Assembly (NCBI GenBank): GCA_964057225.1
Contig: OZ059896.1
Coordinates: 20,522,001-20,586,000 of the forward strand
Length of the DNA: 64,000 bases
Reading direction: 5' to 3'
DNA from: Auanema rhodensis
Lineage: Eukaryota > Animalia > Nematoda
A program made the translations under genes and the position numbers. Below, in pieces: positions 26,501 through 42,500 of the stretch. The notes beneath the pieces are model-generated. The model saw only the letters and a program-made list of their open reading frames with translations. It ran no database searches and had not been told where the DNA came from. Every line of letters starts with the position of its first letter. The stretch's first letter is position 1.

Positions 26501-29500
26501 ACACTCAACATTGCTTCCAAAAACATTTTGACAAAAATTTTTTCGAAAAATTTCAAAATAATTTAGCAAAAAGTAGATGTTTTTAGATTCCTTTTTTCTA
26601 GGCAAAGACGATGGACAATGTTATTCAACGAAAAAATTAATTCTTCAGGGTGAAAATCGAGGATATAAGTGTGAACTTACATCAGTTGATATCTCGGTGC
26701 ATTTTTAAGCTAGCGCAAATCTGATAACACAGATCGACGCAGCTTAAAAATCCGCATCGAATGCACTATACTACATTGAGAAACGCTTAATACAAAAATT
26801 AGTTATGATCGTTTGAAAAATGATGCATTAGTGTATGTTGAGTTTCCATGTACACTCAACATTGCTTCCAAAAACATTTTGACAAAAATTTTTTCGAAAA
26901 ATTTCAAAATAATTTAGGAAAAAGTAGATGTTTTTAGATTCCTTTTTTCAAGGCAAAGACGATGGACAATGTTATTCAACGAAAAAATCAATTCTTCAGG
27001 GTGAAAATCGAGGATATAAGTGTGAACTTATATCAGTTGATATCTCGGTGCATTTTTAAGCTAGCGCAAATCTGATAACACAGATCGACGCAGCTTAAAA
27101 ATCCGCATCGAATGCACTATACTACATTGAGAAACGCTTAATACAAAAATTAGTTATGATCGTTTGAAAAATGATGCATTAGTGTATGTTGAGTTTCCAT
27201 GTACACTCAACATTGCTTCCAAAAACATTTTGACAAAAATTTTTTCGAAAAATTTCAAAATAATTTAGGAAAAAGTAGATGTTTTTAGATTCCTTTTTTC
27301 AAGGCAAAGACGATGGACAATATTATTCAACGAAAAAATTAATTCTTCAGGGTGAAAATCGAGGATATAAGTGTGAACTTATATCAGTTGATATCTCGGT
27401 GCATTTTTAAGCTAGCGCAAATCTGATAACACAGATCGACGCAGCTTAAAAATCCGCATCGAATGCACTATACTACATTGAGAAACGCTTAATACAAAAA
27501 TTAGTTATGATCGTTTGAAAAATGATGCATTAGTGTATGTTGAGTTTCCATGTACACTCAACATTGCTTCCAAAAACATTTTGACAAAAATTTTTTCGAA
27601 AAATTTCAAAATAATTTAGGAAAAAGTAGATGTTTTTAGATTCCTTTTTTCAAGGCAAAGACGATGGACAATATTATTCAACGAAAAAATTAATTCTTCA
27701 GGGTGAAAATCGAGGATATAAGTGTGAACTTATATCAGTTGATATCTCGGTGCATTTTTAAGCTAGCGCAAATCTGATAACACAGATCGACGCAGCTTAA
27801 AAATCCGCATCGAATGCACTATACTACATTGAGAAACGCTTAATACAAAAATTAGTTATGATCGTTTGAAAAATGATGCATTAGTGTATGTTGAGTTTCC
27901 ATGTACACTCAACATTGCTTCCAAAAACATTTTGACAAAAATTTTTTCGAAAAATTTCAAAATAATTTAGGAAAAAGTAGATGTTTTTAGATTCCTTTTT
28001 TCAAGGCAAAGACGATGGACAATATTATTCAACGAAAAAATTAATTCTTCAGGGTGAAAATCGAGGATATAAGTGTGAACTTATATCAGTTGATATCTCG
28101 GTGCATTTTTAAGCTAGCGCAAATCTGATAACACAGATCGACGCAGCTCAAAAATCCGCATCGAATGCACTATACTACATTGAGAAACGTTTGATACAAA
28201 AATTAGTTATGATCGTTTGAAAAATGATGCATTAGTGTATGTTGAGTTTCCATGTACACTCAACATTGCTTCCAAAAACATTTTGACAAAAATTTTTTCG
28301 AAAAATTTCAAAATAGTTTAGCAAAAAGTAGATGTTTTTAGATTCCTTTTTTCAAGGCAAAGACGATGGACAATGTTATTCAACGAAAAAATTAATTCTT
28401 CAGGGTGAAAATCGAGGATATAAGTGTGAACTTACATCAGTTGATATCTCGGTGCATTTTTAAGCTAGCGCAAATCTGATAACACAGATCGACGCAGCTT
28501 AAAAATCCGCATCGAATGCACTATACTACATTGAGAAACGTTTGATACAAAAATTAGTTATGATCGTTTGAAAAATGATGCATTAGTGTATGTTGAGTTT
28601 CCATGTACACTCAACATTGCTTCCAAAAACATTTTGACAAAAATTTTTTCAAAAAATTTCAAAATAATTTAGCAAAAAGTAGATGTTTTTAGATTCCTTT
28701 TTTCAAGGCAAAGACGATGGACAATGTTATTCAACGAAAAAATCAATTCTTCAGGGTGAAAATCGAGGATATAAGTGTGAACTTATATCAGTTGATATCT
28801 CGGTGCATTTTTAAGCTAGCGCAAATCTGATAACACAGATCGACGCAGCTTAAAAATCCGCATCGAATGCACTATACTACATTGAGAAACGCTTGATACA
28901 AAATTTAGTTATGATCGTTTGAAAAATGATGCATTAGTGTATGTTGAGTTTCCATGTACACTCAACATTGCTTCCAAAAACATTTTGACAAAAATTTTTT
29001 CGAAAAATTTCAAAATAATTTAGGAAAAAGTAGATGTTTTTAGATTCCTTTTTTCAAGGCAAAGACGATGGACAATGTTATTCAACGAAAAAATCAATTC
29101 TTCAGGGTGAAAATCGAGGATATAAGTGTGAACTTATATCAGTTGATATCTCGGTGCATTTTTAAGCTAGCGCAAATCTGATAACACAGATCGACGCAGC
29201 TTAAAAATCCGCATCGAATGCACTATACTACATTGAGAAACGCTTAATACAAAAATTAGTTATGATCGTTTGAAAAATGATGCATTAGTGTATGTTGAGT
29301 TTCCATGTACACTCAACATTGCTTCCAAAAACATTTTGACAAAAATTTTTTCGAAAAATTTCAAAATAATTTAGGAAAAAGTAGATGTTTTTAGATTCCT
29401 TTTTTCAAGGCAAAGACGATGGACAATATTATTCAACGAAAAAATTAATTCTTCAGGGTGAAAATCGAGGATATAAGTGTGAACTTATATCAGTTGATAT

Positions 29501-32500
29501 CTCGGTGCATTTTTAAGCTAGCGCAAATCTGATAACACAGATCGACGCAGCTTAAAAATCCGCATCGAATGCACTATACTACATTGAGAAACGCTTAATA
29601 CAAAAATTAGTTATGATCGTTTGAAAAATGATGCATTAGTGTATGTTGAGTTTCCATGTACACTCAACATTGCTTCCAAAAACATTTTGACAAAAATTTT
29701 TTCGAAAAATTTCAAAATAATTTAGGAAAAAGTAGATGTTTTTAGATTCCTTTTTTCAAGGCAAAGACGATGGACAATATTATTCAACGAAAAAATTAAT
29801 TCTTCAGGGTGAAAATCGAGGATATAAGTGTAAACTTATATCAGTTGATATCTCGGTGCATTTTTAAGCTAGCGCAAATCTGATAACACAGATCGACGCA
29901 GCTTAAAAATCCGCATCGAATGCACTATACTACATTGAGAAACGCTTAATACAAAAATTAGTTATGATCGTTTGAAAAATGATGCATTAGTGTATGTTGA
30001 GTTTCCATGTACACTCAACATTGCTTCCAAAAACATTTTGACAAAAATTTTTTCGAAAAATTTCAAAATAATTTAGGAAAAAGTAGATGTTTTTAGATTC
30101 CTTTTTTCTAGGCAAAGACGATGGACAATGTTATTCAACGAAAAAATTAATTCTTCAGGGTGAAAATCGAGGATATAAGTGTAAACTTATATCAGTTGAT
30201 ATCTCGGTGCATTTTTAAGCTAGCGCAAATCTGATAACACAGATCGACGCAGCTTAAAAATCCGCATCGAATGCACTATACTACATTGAGAAACGCTTGA
30301 TACAAAAATTAGTTATGATCGTTTGAAAAATGATGCATTAGTGTATGTTGAGTTTCCATGTACACTCAACATTGCTTCCAAAAACATTTTGACAAAAATT
30401 TTTTCGAAAAATTTCAAAATAATTTAGCAAAAAGTAGATGTTTTTAGATTCCTTTTTTCTAGGCAAAGACGATGGACAATGTTATTCAACGAAAAAATTA
30501 ATTCTTCAGGGTGAAAATCGAGGATATAAGTGTGAACTTATATCAGTTGATATCTCGGTGCATTTTTAAGCTAGCGCAAATCTGATAACACAGATCGACG
30601 CAGCTTAAAAATTCGCATCGAATGCACTATACTACATTGAGAAACGCTTGATACAAAAATTAGTTATGATCGTTTGAAAAATGATGCATTAGTGTATGTT
30701 GAGTTTCCATGTACACTCAACATTGCTTCCAAAAACATTTTGACAAAAATTTTTTCGAAAAATTTCAAAATAATTTAGCAAAAAGTATATGTTTTTAGAT
30801 TCCTTTTTTCTAGGCAAAGACGATGGACAATGTTATTCAACGAAAAAATTAATTCTTCAGGGTGAAAATCGAGGATATAAGTGTGAACTTACATCAGTTG
30901 ATATCTCGGTGCATTTTTAAGCTAGCGCAAATCTGATAACACAGATCGACGCAGCTTAAAAATCCGCATCGAATGCACTATACTACATTGAGAAACGCTT
31001 AATACAAAAATAAGTTATGATCGTTTGAAAAATGATGCATTAGTGTATGTTGAGTTTCCATGTACACTCAACATTGCTTCCAAAAACATTTTGACAAAAA
31101 TTTTTTCGAAAAATTTCAAAATAATTCAGCAAAAAGTAGATGTTTTTAGATTCCTTTTTTCAAGGCAAAGACGATGGACAATGTTATTCAACGAAAAAAT
31201 TAATTCTTCAGGGTGAAAATCGAGGATATAAGTGTGAACTTATATCAGTTGATATCTCGGTGCATTTTTAAGCTAGCGCAAATCTGATAACACAGATCGA
31301 CGCAGCTCAAAAATCCGCATCGAATGCACTATACTACATTGAGAAACGTTTGAAACAAAAATTAGTTATGATCGTTTGAAAAATGATGCATTAGTGTATG
31401 TTGAGTTTCCATGTACACTCAACATTGCTTCCAAAAACATTTTGACAAAAATTTTTTCGAAAAATTTCAAAATAATTTAGCAAAAAGTAGATGTTTTTAG
31501 ATTCCTTTTTTCTAGGCAAAGACGATGGACAATGTTATTCAACGAAAAAATTAATTCTTCAGGGTGAAAATCGAGGATATAAGTGTGAACTTATATCAGT
31601 TGATATCTCGGTGCATTTTTAAGCTAGCGCAAATCTGATAACACAGATCGACGCAGCTTAAAAATTCGCATCGAATGCACTATACTACATTGAGAAACGC
31701 TTGATACAAAAATTAGTTATGATCGTTTGAAAAATGATGCATTAGTGTATGTTGAGTTTCCATGTACACTCAACATTGCTTCCAAAAACATTTTGACAAA
31801 AATTTTTTCGAAAAATTTCAAAATAATTTAGCAAAAAGTATATGTTTTTAGATTCCTTTTTTCTAGGCAAAGACGATGGACAATGTTATTCAACGAAAAA
31901 ATTAATTCTTCAGGGTGAAAATCGAGGATATAAGTGTGAACTTACATCAGTTGATATCTCGGTGCATTTTTAAGCTAGCGCAAATCTGATAACACAGATC
32001 GACGCAGCTTAAAAATCCGCATCGAATGCACTATACTACATTGAGAAACGCTTAATACAAAAATAAGTTATGATCGTTTGAAAAATGATGCATTAGTGTA
32101 TGTTGAGTTTCCATGTACACTCAACATTGCTTCCAAAAACATTTTGACAAAAATTTTTTCGAAAAATTTCAAAATAATTCAGCAAAAAGTAGATGTTTTT
32201 AGATTCCCTTTTTCAAGGCAAAGACGATGGACAATGTTATTCAACGAAAAAATTAATTCTTCAGGGTGAAAATCGAGGATATAAGTGTGAACTTATATCA
32301 GTTGATATCTCGGTGCATTTTTAAGCTAGCGCAAATCTGATAACACAGATCGACGCAGCTCAAAAATCCGCATCGAATGCACTATACTACATTGAGAAAC
32401 GTTTGAAACAAAAATTAGTTATGATCGTTTGAAAAATGATGCATTAGTGTATGTTGAGTTTCCATGTACACTCAACATTGCTTCCAAAAACATTTTGACA

Positions 32501-35500
32501 AAAATTTTTTCGAAAAATTTCAAAATAATTTAGCAAAAAGTAGATGTTTTTAGATTCCTTTTTTCAAGGCAAAGACGATGGACAATGTTATTCAACGAAA
32601 AAATTAATTCTTCAGGGTGAAAATCGAGGATATAAGTGTGAACTTACATCAGTTGATATCTCGGTGCATTTTTAAGCTAGCGCAAATCTGATAACACAGA
32701 TCGACGCAGCTTAAAAATCCGCATCGAATGCACTATACTACATTGAGAAACGTTTGATACAAAAATTAGTTATGATCGTTTGAAAAATGATGCATTAGTG
32801 TATGTTGAGTTTCCATGTACACTCAACATTGCTTCCAAAAACATTTTGACAAAAATTTTTTCGAAAAATTTCAAAATAATTTAGCAAAAAGTAGATGTTT
32901 TTAGATTCCTGTTTTTAAGGCAAAGACGATGGACAATGTTATTCAACGAAAAAATTAATTCTTCAGGGTGAAAATCGAGGATATAAGTGTAAACTTATAT
33001 CAGTTGATATCTCGGTGCATTTTTAAGCTAGCGCAAATCTGATAACACAGATCGACGCAGCTTAAAAATCCGCATCGAATGCACTATACTACATTGAGAA
33101 ACGCTTGATACAAAAATTAGTTATGATCGTTTGAAAAATGATGCATTAGTGTATGTTGAGTTTCCATGTACACTCAACATTGCTTCCAAAAACATTTTGA
33201 CAAAAATTTTTTCGAAAAATTTCAAAATAATTTAGCAAAAAGTAGATGTTTTTAGATTCCTTTTTTCTAGGCAAAGACGATGGACAATGTTATTCAACGA
33301 AAAAATTAATTCTTCAGGGTGAAAATCGAGGATATAAGTGTGAACTTACATCAGTTGATATCTCGGTGCATTTTTAAGCTAGCGCAAATCTGATAACACA
33401 GATCGACGCAGCTTAAAAATCCGCATCGAATGCACTATACTACATTGAGAAACGCTTAATACAAAAATTAGTTATGATCGTTTGAAAAATGATGCATTAG
33501 TGTATGTTGAGTTTCCATGTACACTCAACATTGCTTCCAAAAACATTTTGACAAAAATTTTTTCGAAAAATTTCAAAATAATTTAGGAAAAAGTAGATGT
33601 TTTTAGATTCCTTTTTTCAAGGCAAAGACGATGGACAATGTTATTCAACGAAAAAATCAATTCTTCAGGGTGAAAATCGAGGATATAAGTGTGAACTTAT
33701 ATCAGTTGATATCTCGGTGCATTTTTAAGCTAGCGCAAATCTGATAACACAGATCGACGCAGCTTAAAAATCCGCATCGAATGCACTATACTACATTGAG
33801 AAACGCTTAATACAAAAATTAGTTATGATCGTTTGAAAAATGATGCATTAGTGTATGTTGAGTTTCCATGTACACTCAACATTGCTTCCAAAAACATTTT
33901 GACAAAAATTTTTTCGAAAAATTTCAAAATAATTTAGGAAAAAGTAGATGTTTTTAGATTCCTTTTTTCAAGGCAAAGACGATGGACAATATTATTCAAC
34001 GAAAAAATTAATTCTTCAGGGTGAAAATCGAGGATATAAGTGTGAACTTATATCAGTTGATATCTCGGTGCATTTTTAAGCTAGCGCAAATCTGATAACA
34101 CAGATCGACGCAGCTTAAAAATCCGCATCGAATGCACTATACTACATTGAGAAACGCTTAATACAAAAATTAGTTATGATCGTTTGAAAAATGATGCATT
34201 AGTGTATGTTGAGTTTCCATGTACACTCAACATTGCTTCCAAAAACATTTTGACAAAAATTTTTTCGAAAAATTTCAAAATAATTTAGGAAAAAGTAGAT
34301 GTTTTTAGATTCCTTTTTTCAAGGCAAAGACGATGGACAATATTATTCAACGAAAAAATTAATTCTTCAGGGTGAAAATCGAGGATATAAGTGTGAACTT
34401 ATATCAGTTGATATCTCGGTGCATTTTTAAGCTAGCGCAAATCTGATAACACAGATCGACGCAGCTTAAAAATCCGCATCGAATGCACTATACTACATTG
34501 AGAAACGCTTAATACAAAAATTAGTTATGATCGTTTGAAAAATGATGCATTAGTGTATGTTGAGTTTCCATGTACACTCAACATTGCTTCCAAAAACATT
34601 TTGACAAAAATTTTTTCGAAAAATTTCAAAATAATTTAGGAAAAAGTAGATGTTTTTAGATTCCTTTTTTCAAGGCAAAGACGATGGACAATATTATTCA
34701 ACGAAAAAATTAATTCTTCAGGGTGAAAATCGAGGATATAAGTGTGAACTTATATCAGTTGATATCTCGGTGCATTTTTAAGCTAGCGCAAATCTGATAA
34801 CACAGATCGACGCAGCTCAAAAATCCGCATCGAATGCACTATACTACATTGAGAAACGTTTGATACAAAAATTAGTTATGATCGTTTGAAAAATGATGCA
34901 TTAGTGTATGTTGAGTTTCCATGTACACTCAACATTGCTTCCAAAAACATTTTGACAAAAATTTTTTCGAAAAATTTCAAAATAGTTTAGCAAAAAGTAG
35001 ATGTTTTTAGATTCCTTTTTTCAAGGCAAAGACGATGGACAATGTTATTCAACGAAAAAATTAATTCTTCAGGGTGAAAATCGAGGATATAAGTGTGAAC
35101 TTACATCAGTTGATATCTCGGTGCATTTTTAAGCTAGCGCAAATCTGATAACACAGATCGACGCAGCTTAAAAATCCGCATCGAATGCACTATACTACAT
35201 TGAGAAACGTTTGATACAAAAATTAGTTATGATCGTTTGAAAAATGATGCATTAGTGTATGTTGAGTTTCCATGTACACTCAACATTGCTTCCAAAAACA
35301 TTTTGACAAAAATTTTTTCAAAAAATTTCAAAATAATTTAGCAAAAAGTAGATGTTTTTAGATTCCTTTTTTCAAGGCAAAGACGATGGACAATGTTATT
35401 CAACGAAAAAATCAATTCTTCAGGGTGAAAATCGAGGATATAAGTGTGAACTTATATCAGTTGATATCTCGGTGCATTTTTAAGCTAGCGCAAATCTGAT

Positions 35501-36504
35501 AACACAGATCGACGCAGCTTAAAAATCCGCATCGAATGCACTATACTACATTGAGAAACGCTTGATACAAAATTTAGTTATGATCGTTTGAAAAATGATG
35601 CATTAGTGTATGTTGAGTTTCCATGTACACTCAACATTGCTTCCAAAAACATTTTGACAAAAATTTTTTCGAAAAATTTCAAAATAATTTAGGAAAAAGT
35701 AGATGTTTTTAGATTCCTTTTTTCAAGGCAAAGACGATGGACAATGTTATTCAACGAAAAAATCAATTCTTCAGGGTGAAAATCGAGGATATAAGTGTGA
35801 ACTTATATCAGTTGATATCTCGGTGCATTTTTAAGCTAGCGCAAATCTGATAACACAGATCGACGCAGCTTAAAAATCCGCATCGAATGCACTATACTAC
35901 ATTGAGAAACGCTTAATACAAAAATTAGTTATGATCGTTTGAAAAATGATGCATTAGTGTATGTTGAGTTTCCATGTACACTCAACATTGCTTCCAAAAA
36001 CATTTTGACAAAAATTTTTTCGAAAAATTTCAAAATAATTTAGGAAAAAGTAGATGTTTTTAGATTCCTTTTTTCAAGGCAAAGACGATGGACAATATTA
36101 TTCAACGAAAAAATTAATTCTTCAGGGTGAAAATCGAGGATATAAGTGTGAACTTATATCAGTTGATATCTCGGTGCATTTTTAAGCTAGCGCAAATCTG
36201 ATAACACAGATCGACGCAGCTTAAAAATCCGCATCGAATGCACTATACTACATTGAGAAACGCTTAATACAAAAATTAGTTATGATCGTTTGAAAAATGA
36301 TGCATTAGTGTATGTTGAGTTTCCATGTACACTCAACATTGCTTCCAAAAACATTTTGACAAAAATTTTTTCGAAAAATTTCAAAATAATTTAGGAAAAA
36401 GTAGATGTTTTTAGATTCCTTTTTTCAAGGCAAAGACGATGGACAATATTATTCAACGAAAAAATTAATTCTTCAGGGTGAAAATCGAGGATATAAGTGT
36501 GAAC
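23518..36504 (+). repeat. Two related 18-monomer blocks (m68-85 and m87-104), offset 6669 bp
   Basis: Shared rare variants recur 19 monomers apart: T124A (m70/m89), A236G (m81/m100), G220A (m82/m101). Confidence 0.85.
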
Positions 36505-39500
36505 TTATATCAGTTGATATCTCGGTGCATTTTTAAGCTAGCGCAAATCTGATAACACAGATCGACGCAGCTCAAAAATCCGCATCGAATGCACTATACT
36601 ACATTGAGAAACGTTTGATACAAAAATTAGTTATGATCGTTTGAAAAATGATGCATTAGTGTATGTTGAGTTTCCATGTACACTCAACATTGCTTCCAAA
36701 AACATTTTGACAAAAATTTTTTCGAAAAATTTCAAAATAATTTAGCAAAAAGTAGATGTTTTTAGATTCCTTTTTTCAAGGCAAAGACGATGGACAATGT
36801 TATTCAACGAAAAAATTAATTCTTCAGGGTGAAAATCGAGGATATAAGTGTGAACTTACATCAGTTGATATCTCGGTGCATTTTTAAGCTAGCGCAAATC
36901 TGATAACACAGATCGACGCAGCTTAAAAATCCGCATCGAATGCACTATACTACATTGAGAAACGCTTAATACAAAAATTAGTTATGATCGTTTGAAAAAT
37001 GATGCATTAGTGTATGTTGAGTTTCCATGTACACTCAACATTGCTTCCAAAAACATTTTGACAAAAATTTTTTCGAAAAATTTCAAAATAATTTAGGAAA
37101 AAGTAGATGTTTTTAGATTCCTTTTTTCAAGGCAAAGACGATGGACAATATTATTCAACGAAAAAATTAATTCTTCAGGGTGAAAATCGAGGATATAAGT
37201 GTGAACTTATATCAGTTGATATCTCGGTGCATTTTTAAGCTAGCGCAAATCTGATAACACAGATCGACGCAGCTCAAAAATCCGCATCGAATGCACTATA
37301 CTACATTGAGAAACGTTTGATACAAAAATTAGTTATGATCGTTTGAAAAATGATGCATTAGTGTATGTTGAGTTTCCATGTACACTCAACATTGCTTCCA
37401 AAAACATTTTGACAAAAATTTTTTCGAAAAATTTCAAAATAATTTAGCAAAAAGTAGATGTTTTTAGATTCCTTTTTTCAAGGCAAAGACGATGGACAAT
37501 GTTATTCAACGAAAAAATTAATTCTTCAGGGTGAAAATCGAGGATATAAGTGTGAACTTACATCAGTTGATATCTCGGTGCATTTTTAAGCTAGCGCAAA
37601 TCTGATAACACAGATCGACGCAGCTTAAAAATCCGCATCGAATGCACTATACTACATTGAGAAACGCTTAATACAAAAATTAGTTATGATCGTTTGAAAA
37701 ATGATGCATTAGTGTATGTTGAGTTTCCATGTACACTCAACATTGCTTCCAAAAACATTTTGACAAAAATTTTTTCGAAAAATTTCAAAATAATTTAGGA
37801 AAAAGTAGATGTTTTTAGATTCCTTTTTTCAAGGCAAAGACGATGGACAATATTATTCAACGAAAAAATTAATTCTTCAGGGTGAAAATCGAGGATATAA
37901 GTGTGAACTTATATCAGTTGATATCTCGGTGCATTTTTAAGCTAGCGCAAATCTGATAACACAGATCGACGCAGCTCAAAAATCCGCATCGAATGCACTA
38001 TACTACATTGAGAAACGTTTGATACAAAAATTAGTTATGATCGTTTGAAAAATGATGCATTAGTGTATGTTGAGTTTCCATGTACACTCAACATTGCTTC
38101 CAAAAACATTTTGACAAAAATTTTTTCGAAAAATTTCAAAATAATTTAGCAAAAAGTAGATGTTTTTAGATTCCTTTTTTCAAGGCAAAGACGATGGACA
38201 ATGTTATTCAACGAAAAAATTAATTCTTCAGGGTGAAAATCGAGGATATAAGTGTGAACTTACATCAGTTGATATCTCGGTGCATTTTTAAGCTAGCGCA
38301 AATCTGATAACACAGATCGACGCAGCTTAAAAATCCGCATCGAATGCACTATACTACATTGAGAAACGTTTGATACAAAAATTAGTTATGATCGTTTGAA
38401 AAATGATGCATTAGTGTATGTTGAGTTTCCATGTACACTCAACATTGCTTCCAAAAACATTTTGACAAAAATTTTTTCAAAAAATTTCAAAATAATTTAG
38501 CAAAAAGTAGATGTTTTTAGATTCCTTTTTTCAAGGCAAAGACGATGGACAATGTTATTCAACGAAAAAATCAATTCTTCAGGGTGAAAATCGAGGATAT
38601 AAGTGTGAACTTATATCAGTTGATATCTCGGTGCATTTTTAAGCTAGCGCAAATCTGATAACACAGATCGACGCAGCTTAAAAATCCGCATCGAATGCAC
38701 TATACTACATTGAGAAACGCTTGATACAAAATTTAGTTATGATCGTTTGAAAAATGATGCATTAGTGTATGTTGAGTTTCCATGTACACTCAACATTGCT
38801 TCCAAAAACATTTTGACAAAAATTTTTTCGAAAAATTTCAGAATAATTTAGGAAAAAGTAGATGTTTTTAGATTCCTTTTTTCAAGGCAAAGACGATGGA
38901 CAATGTTATTCAACGAAAAAATCAATTCTTCAGGGTGAAAATCGAGGATATAAGTGTGAACTTATATCAGTTGATATCTCGGTGCATTTTTAAGCTAGCG
39001 CAAATCTGATAACACAGATCGACGCAGCTTAAAAATCCGCATCGAATGCACTATACTACATTGAGAAACGCTTAATACAAAAATTAGTTATGATCGTTTG
39101 AAAAATGATGCATTAGTGTATGTTGAGTTTCCATGTACACTCAACATTGCTTCCAAAAACATTTTGACAAAAATTTTTTCGAAAAATTTCAAAATAATTT
39201 AGGAAAAAGTAAATGTTTTTAGATTCCTTTTTTCAAGGCAAAGACGATGGACAATGTTATTCAACGAAAAAATCAATTCTTCAGGGTGAAAATCGAGGAT
39301 ATAAGTGTGAACTTATATCAGTTGATATCTCGGTGCATTTTTAAGCTAGCGCAAATCTGATAACACAGATCGACGCAGCTTAAAAATCCGCATCGAATGC
39401 ACTATACTACATTGAGAAACGCTTGATACAAAATTTAGTTATGATCGTTTGAAAAATGATGCATTAGTGTATGTTGAGTTTCCATGTACACTCAACATTG

Positions 39501-42500
39501 CTTCCAAAAACATTTTGACAAAAATTTTTTCGAAAAATTTCAAAATAATTTAGGAAAAAGTAGATGTTTTTAGATTCCTTTTTTCAAGGCAAAGACGATG
39601 GACAATGTTATTCAACGAAAAAATCAATTCTTCAGGGTGAAAATCGAGGATATAAGTGTGAACTTATATCAGTTGATATCTCGGTGCATTTTTAAGCTAG
39701 CGCAAATCTGATAACACAGATCGACGCAGCTTAAAAATCCGCATCGAATGCACTATACTACATTGAGAAACGCTTAATACAAAAATTAGTTATGATCGTT
39801 TGAAAAATGATGCATTAGTGTATGTTGAGTTTCCATGTACACTCAACATTGCTTCCAAAAACATTTTGACAAAAATTTTTTCGAAAAATTTCAAAATAAT
39901 TTAGGAAAAAGTAGATGTTTTTAGATTCCTTTTTTCAAGGCAAAGACGATGGACAATATTATTCAACGAAAAAATTAATTCTTCAGGGTGAAAATCGAGG
40001 ATATAAGTGTGAACTTATATCAGTTGATATCTCGGTGCATTTTTAAGCTAGCGCAAATCTGATAACACAGATCGACGCAGCTTAAAAATCCGCATCGAAT
40101 GCACTATACTACATTGAGAAACGCTTAATACAAAAATTAGTTATGATCGTTTGAAAAATGATGCATTAGTGTATGTTGAGTTTCCATGTACACTCAACAT
40201 TGCTTCCAAAAACATTTTGACAAAAATTTTTTCGAAAAATTTCAAAATAATTTAGGAAAAAGTAGATGTTTTTAGATTCCTTTTTTCAAGGCAAAGACGA
40301 TGGACAATATTATTCAACGAAAAAATTAATTCTTCAGGGTGAAAATCGAGGATATAAGTGTGAACTTATATCAGTTGATATCTCGGTGCATTTTTAAGCT
40401 AGCGCAAATCTGATAACACAGATCGACGCAGCTCAAAAATCCGCATCGAATGCACTATACTACATTGAGAAACGTTTGATACAAAAATTAGTTATGATCG
40501 TTTGAAAAATGATGCATTAGTGTATGTTGAGTTTCCATGTACACTCAACATTGCTTCCAAAAACATTTTGACAAAAATTTTTTCGAAAAATTTCAAAATA
40601 ATTTAGCAAAAAGTAGATGTTTTTAGATTCCTTTTTTCAAGGCAAAGACGATGGACAATGTTATTCAACGAAAAAATTAATTCTTCAGGGTGAAAATCGA
40701 GGATATAAGTGTGAACTTACATCAGTTGATATCTCGGTGCATTTTTAAGCTAGCGCAAATCTGATAACACAGATCGACGCAGCTTAAAAATCCGCATCGA
40801 ATGCACTATACTACATTGAGAAACGCTTAATACAAAAATTAGTTATGATCGTTTGAAAAATGATGCATTAGTGTATGTTGAGTTTCCATGTACACTCAAC
40901 ATTGCTTCCAAAAACATTTTGACAAAAATTTTTTCGAAAAATTTCAAAATAATTTAGGAAAAAGTAGATGTTTTTAGATTCCTTTTTTCAAGGCAAAGAC
41001 GATGGACAATATTATTCAACGAAAAAATTAATTCTTCAGGGTGAAAATCGAGGATATAAGTGTGAACTTATATCAGTTGATATCTCGGTGCATTTTTAAG
41101 CTAGCGCAAATCTGATAACACAGATCGACGCAGCTCAAAAATCCGCATCGAATGCACTATACTACATTGAGAAACGTTTGATACAAAAATTAGTTATGAT
41201 CGTTTGAAAAATGATGCATTAGTGTATGTTGAGTTTCCATGTACACTCAACATTGCTTCCAAAAACATTTTGACAAAAATTTTTTCGAAAAATTTCAAAA
41301 TAATTTAGCAAAAAGTAGATGTTTTTAGATTCCTTTTTTCAAGGCAAAGACGATGGACAATGTTATTCAACGAAAAAATTAATTCTTCAGGGTGAAAATC
41401 GAGGATATAAGTGTGAACTTACATCAGTTGATATCTCGGTGCATTTTTAAGCTAGCGCAAATCTGATAACACAGATCGACGCAGCTTAAAAATCCGCATC
41501 GAATGCACTATACTACATTGAGAAACGTTTGATACAAAAATTAGTTATGATCGTTTGAAAAATGATGCATTAGTGTATGTTGAGTTTCCATGTACACTCA
41601 ACATTGCTTCCAAAAACATTTTGACAAAAATTTTTTCAAAAAATTTCAAAATAATTTAGCAAAAAGTAGATGTTTTTAGATTCCTTTTTTCAAGGCAAAG
41701 ACGATGGACAATGTTATTCAACGAAAAAATCAATTCTTCAGGGTGAAAATCGAGGATATAAGTGTGAACTTATATCAGTTGATATCTCGGTGCATTTTTA
41801 AGCTAGCGCAAATCTGATAACACAGATCGACGCAGCTTAAAAATCCGCATCGAATGCACTATACTACATTGAGAAACGCTTGATACAAAATTTAGTTATG
41901 ATCGTTTGAAAAATGATGCATTAGTGTATGTTGAGTTTCCATGTACACTCAACATTGCTTCCAAAAACATTTTGACAAAAATTTTTTCGAAAAATTTCAA
42001 AATAATTTAGGAAAAAGTAGATGTTTTTAGATTCCTTTTTTCAAGGCAAAGACGATGGACAATGTTATTCAACGAAAAAATCAATTCTTCAGGGTGAAAA
42101 TCGAGGATATAAGTGTGAACTTATATCAGTTGATATCTCGGTGCATTTTTAAGCTAGCGCAAATCTGATAACACAGATCGACGCAGCTTAAAAATCCGCA
42201 TCGAATGCACTATACTACATTGAGAAACGCTTAATACAAAAATTAGTTATGATCGTTTGAAAAATGATGCATTAGTGTATGTTGAGTTTCCATGTACACT
42301 CAACATTGCTTCCAAAAACATTTTGACAAAAATTTTTTCGAAAAATTTCAAAATAATTTAGGAAAAAGTAGATGTTTTTAGATTCCTTTTTTCAAGGCAA
42401 AGACGATGGACAATATTATTCAACGAAAAAATTAATTCTTCAGGGTGAAAATCGAGGATATAAGTGTGAACTTATATCAGTTGATATCTCGGTGCATTTT

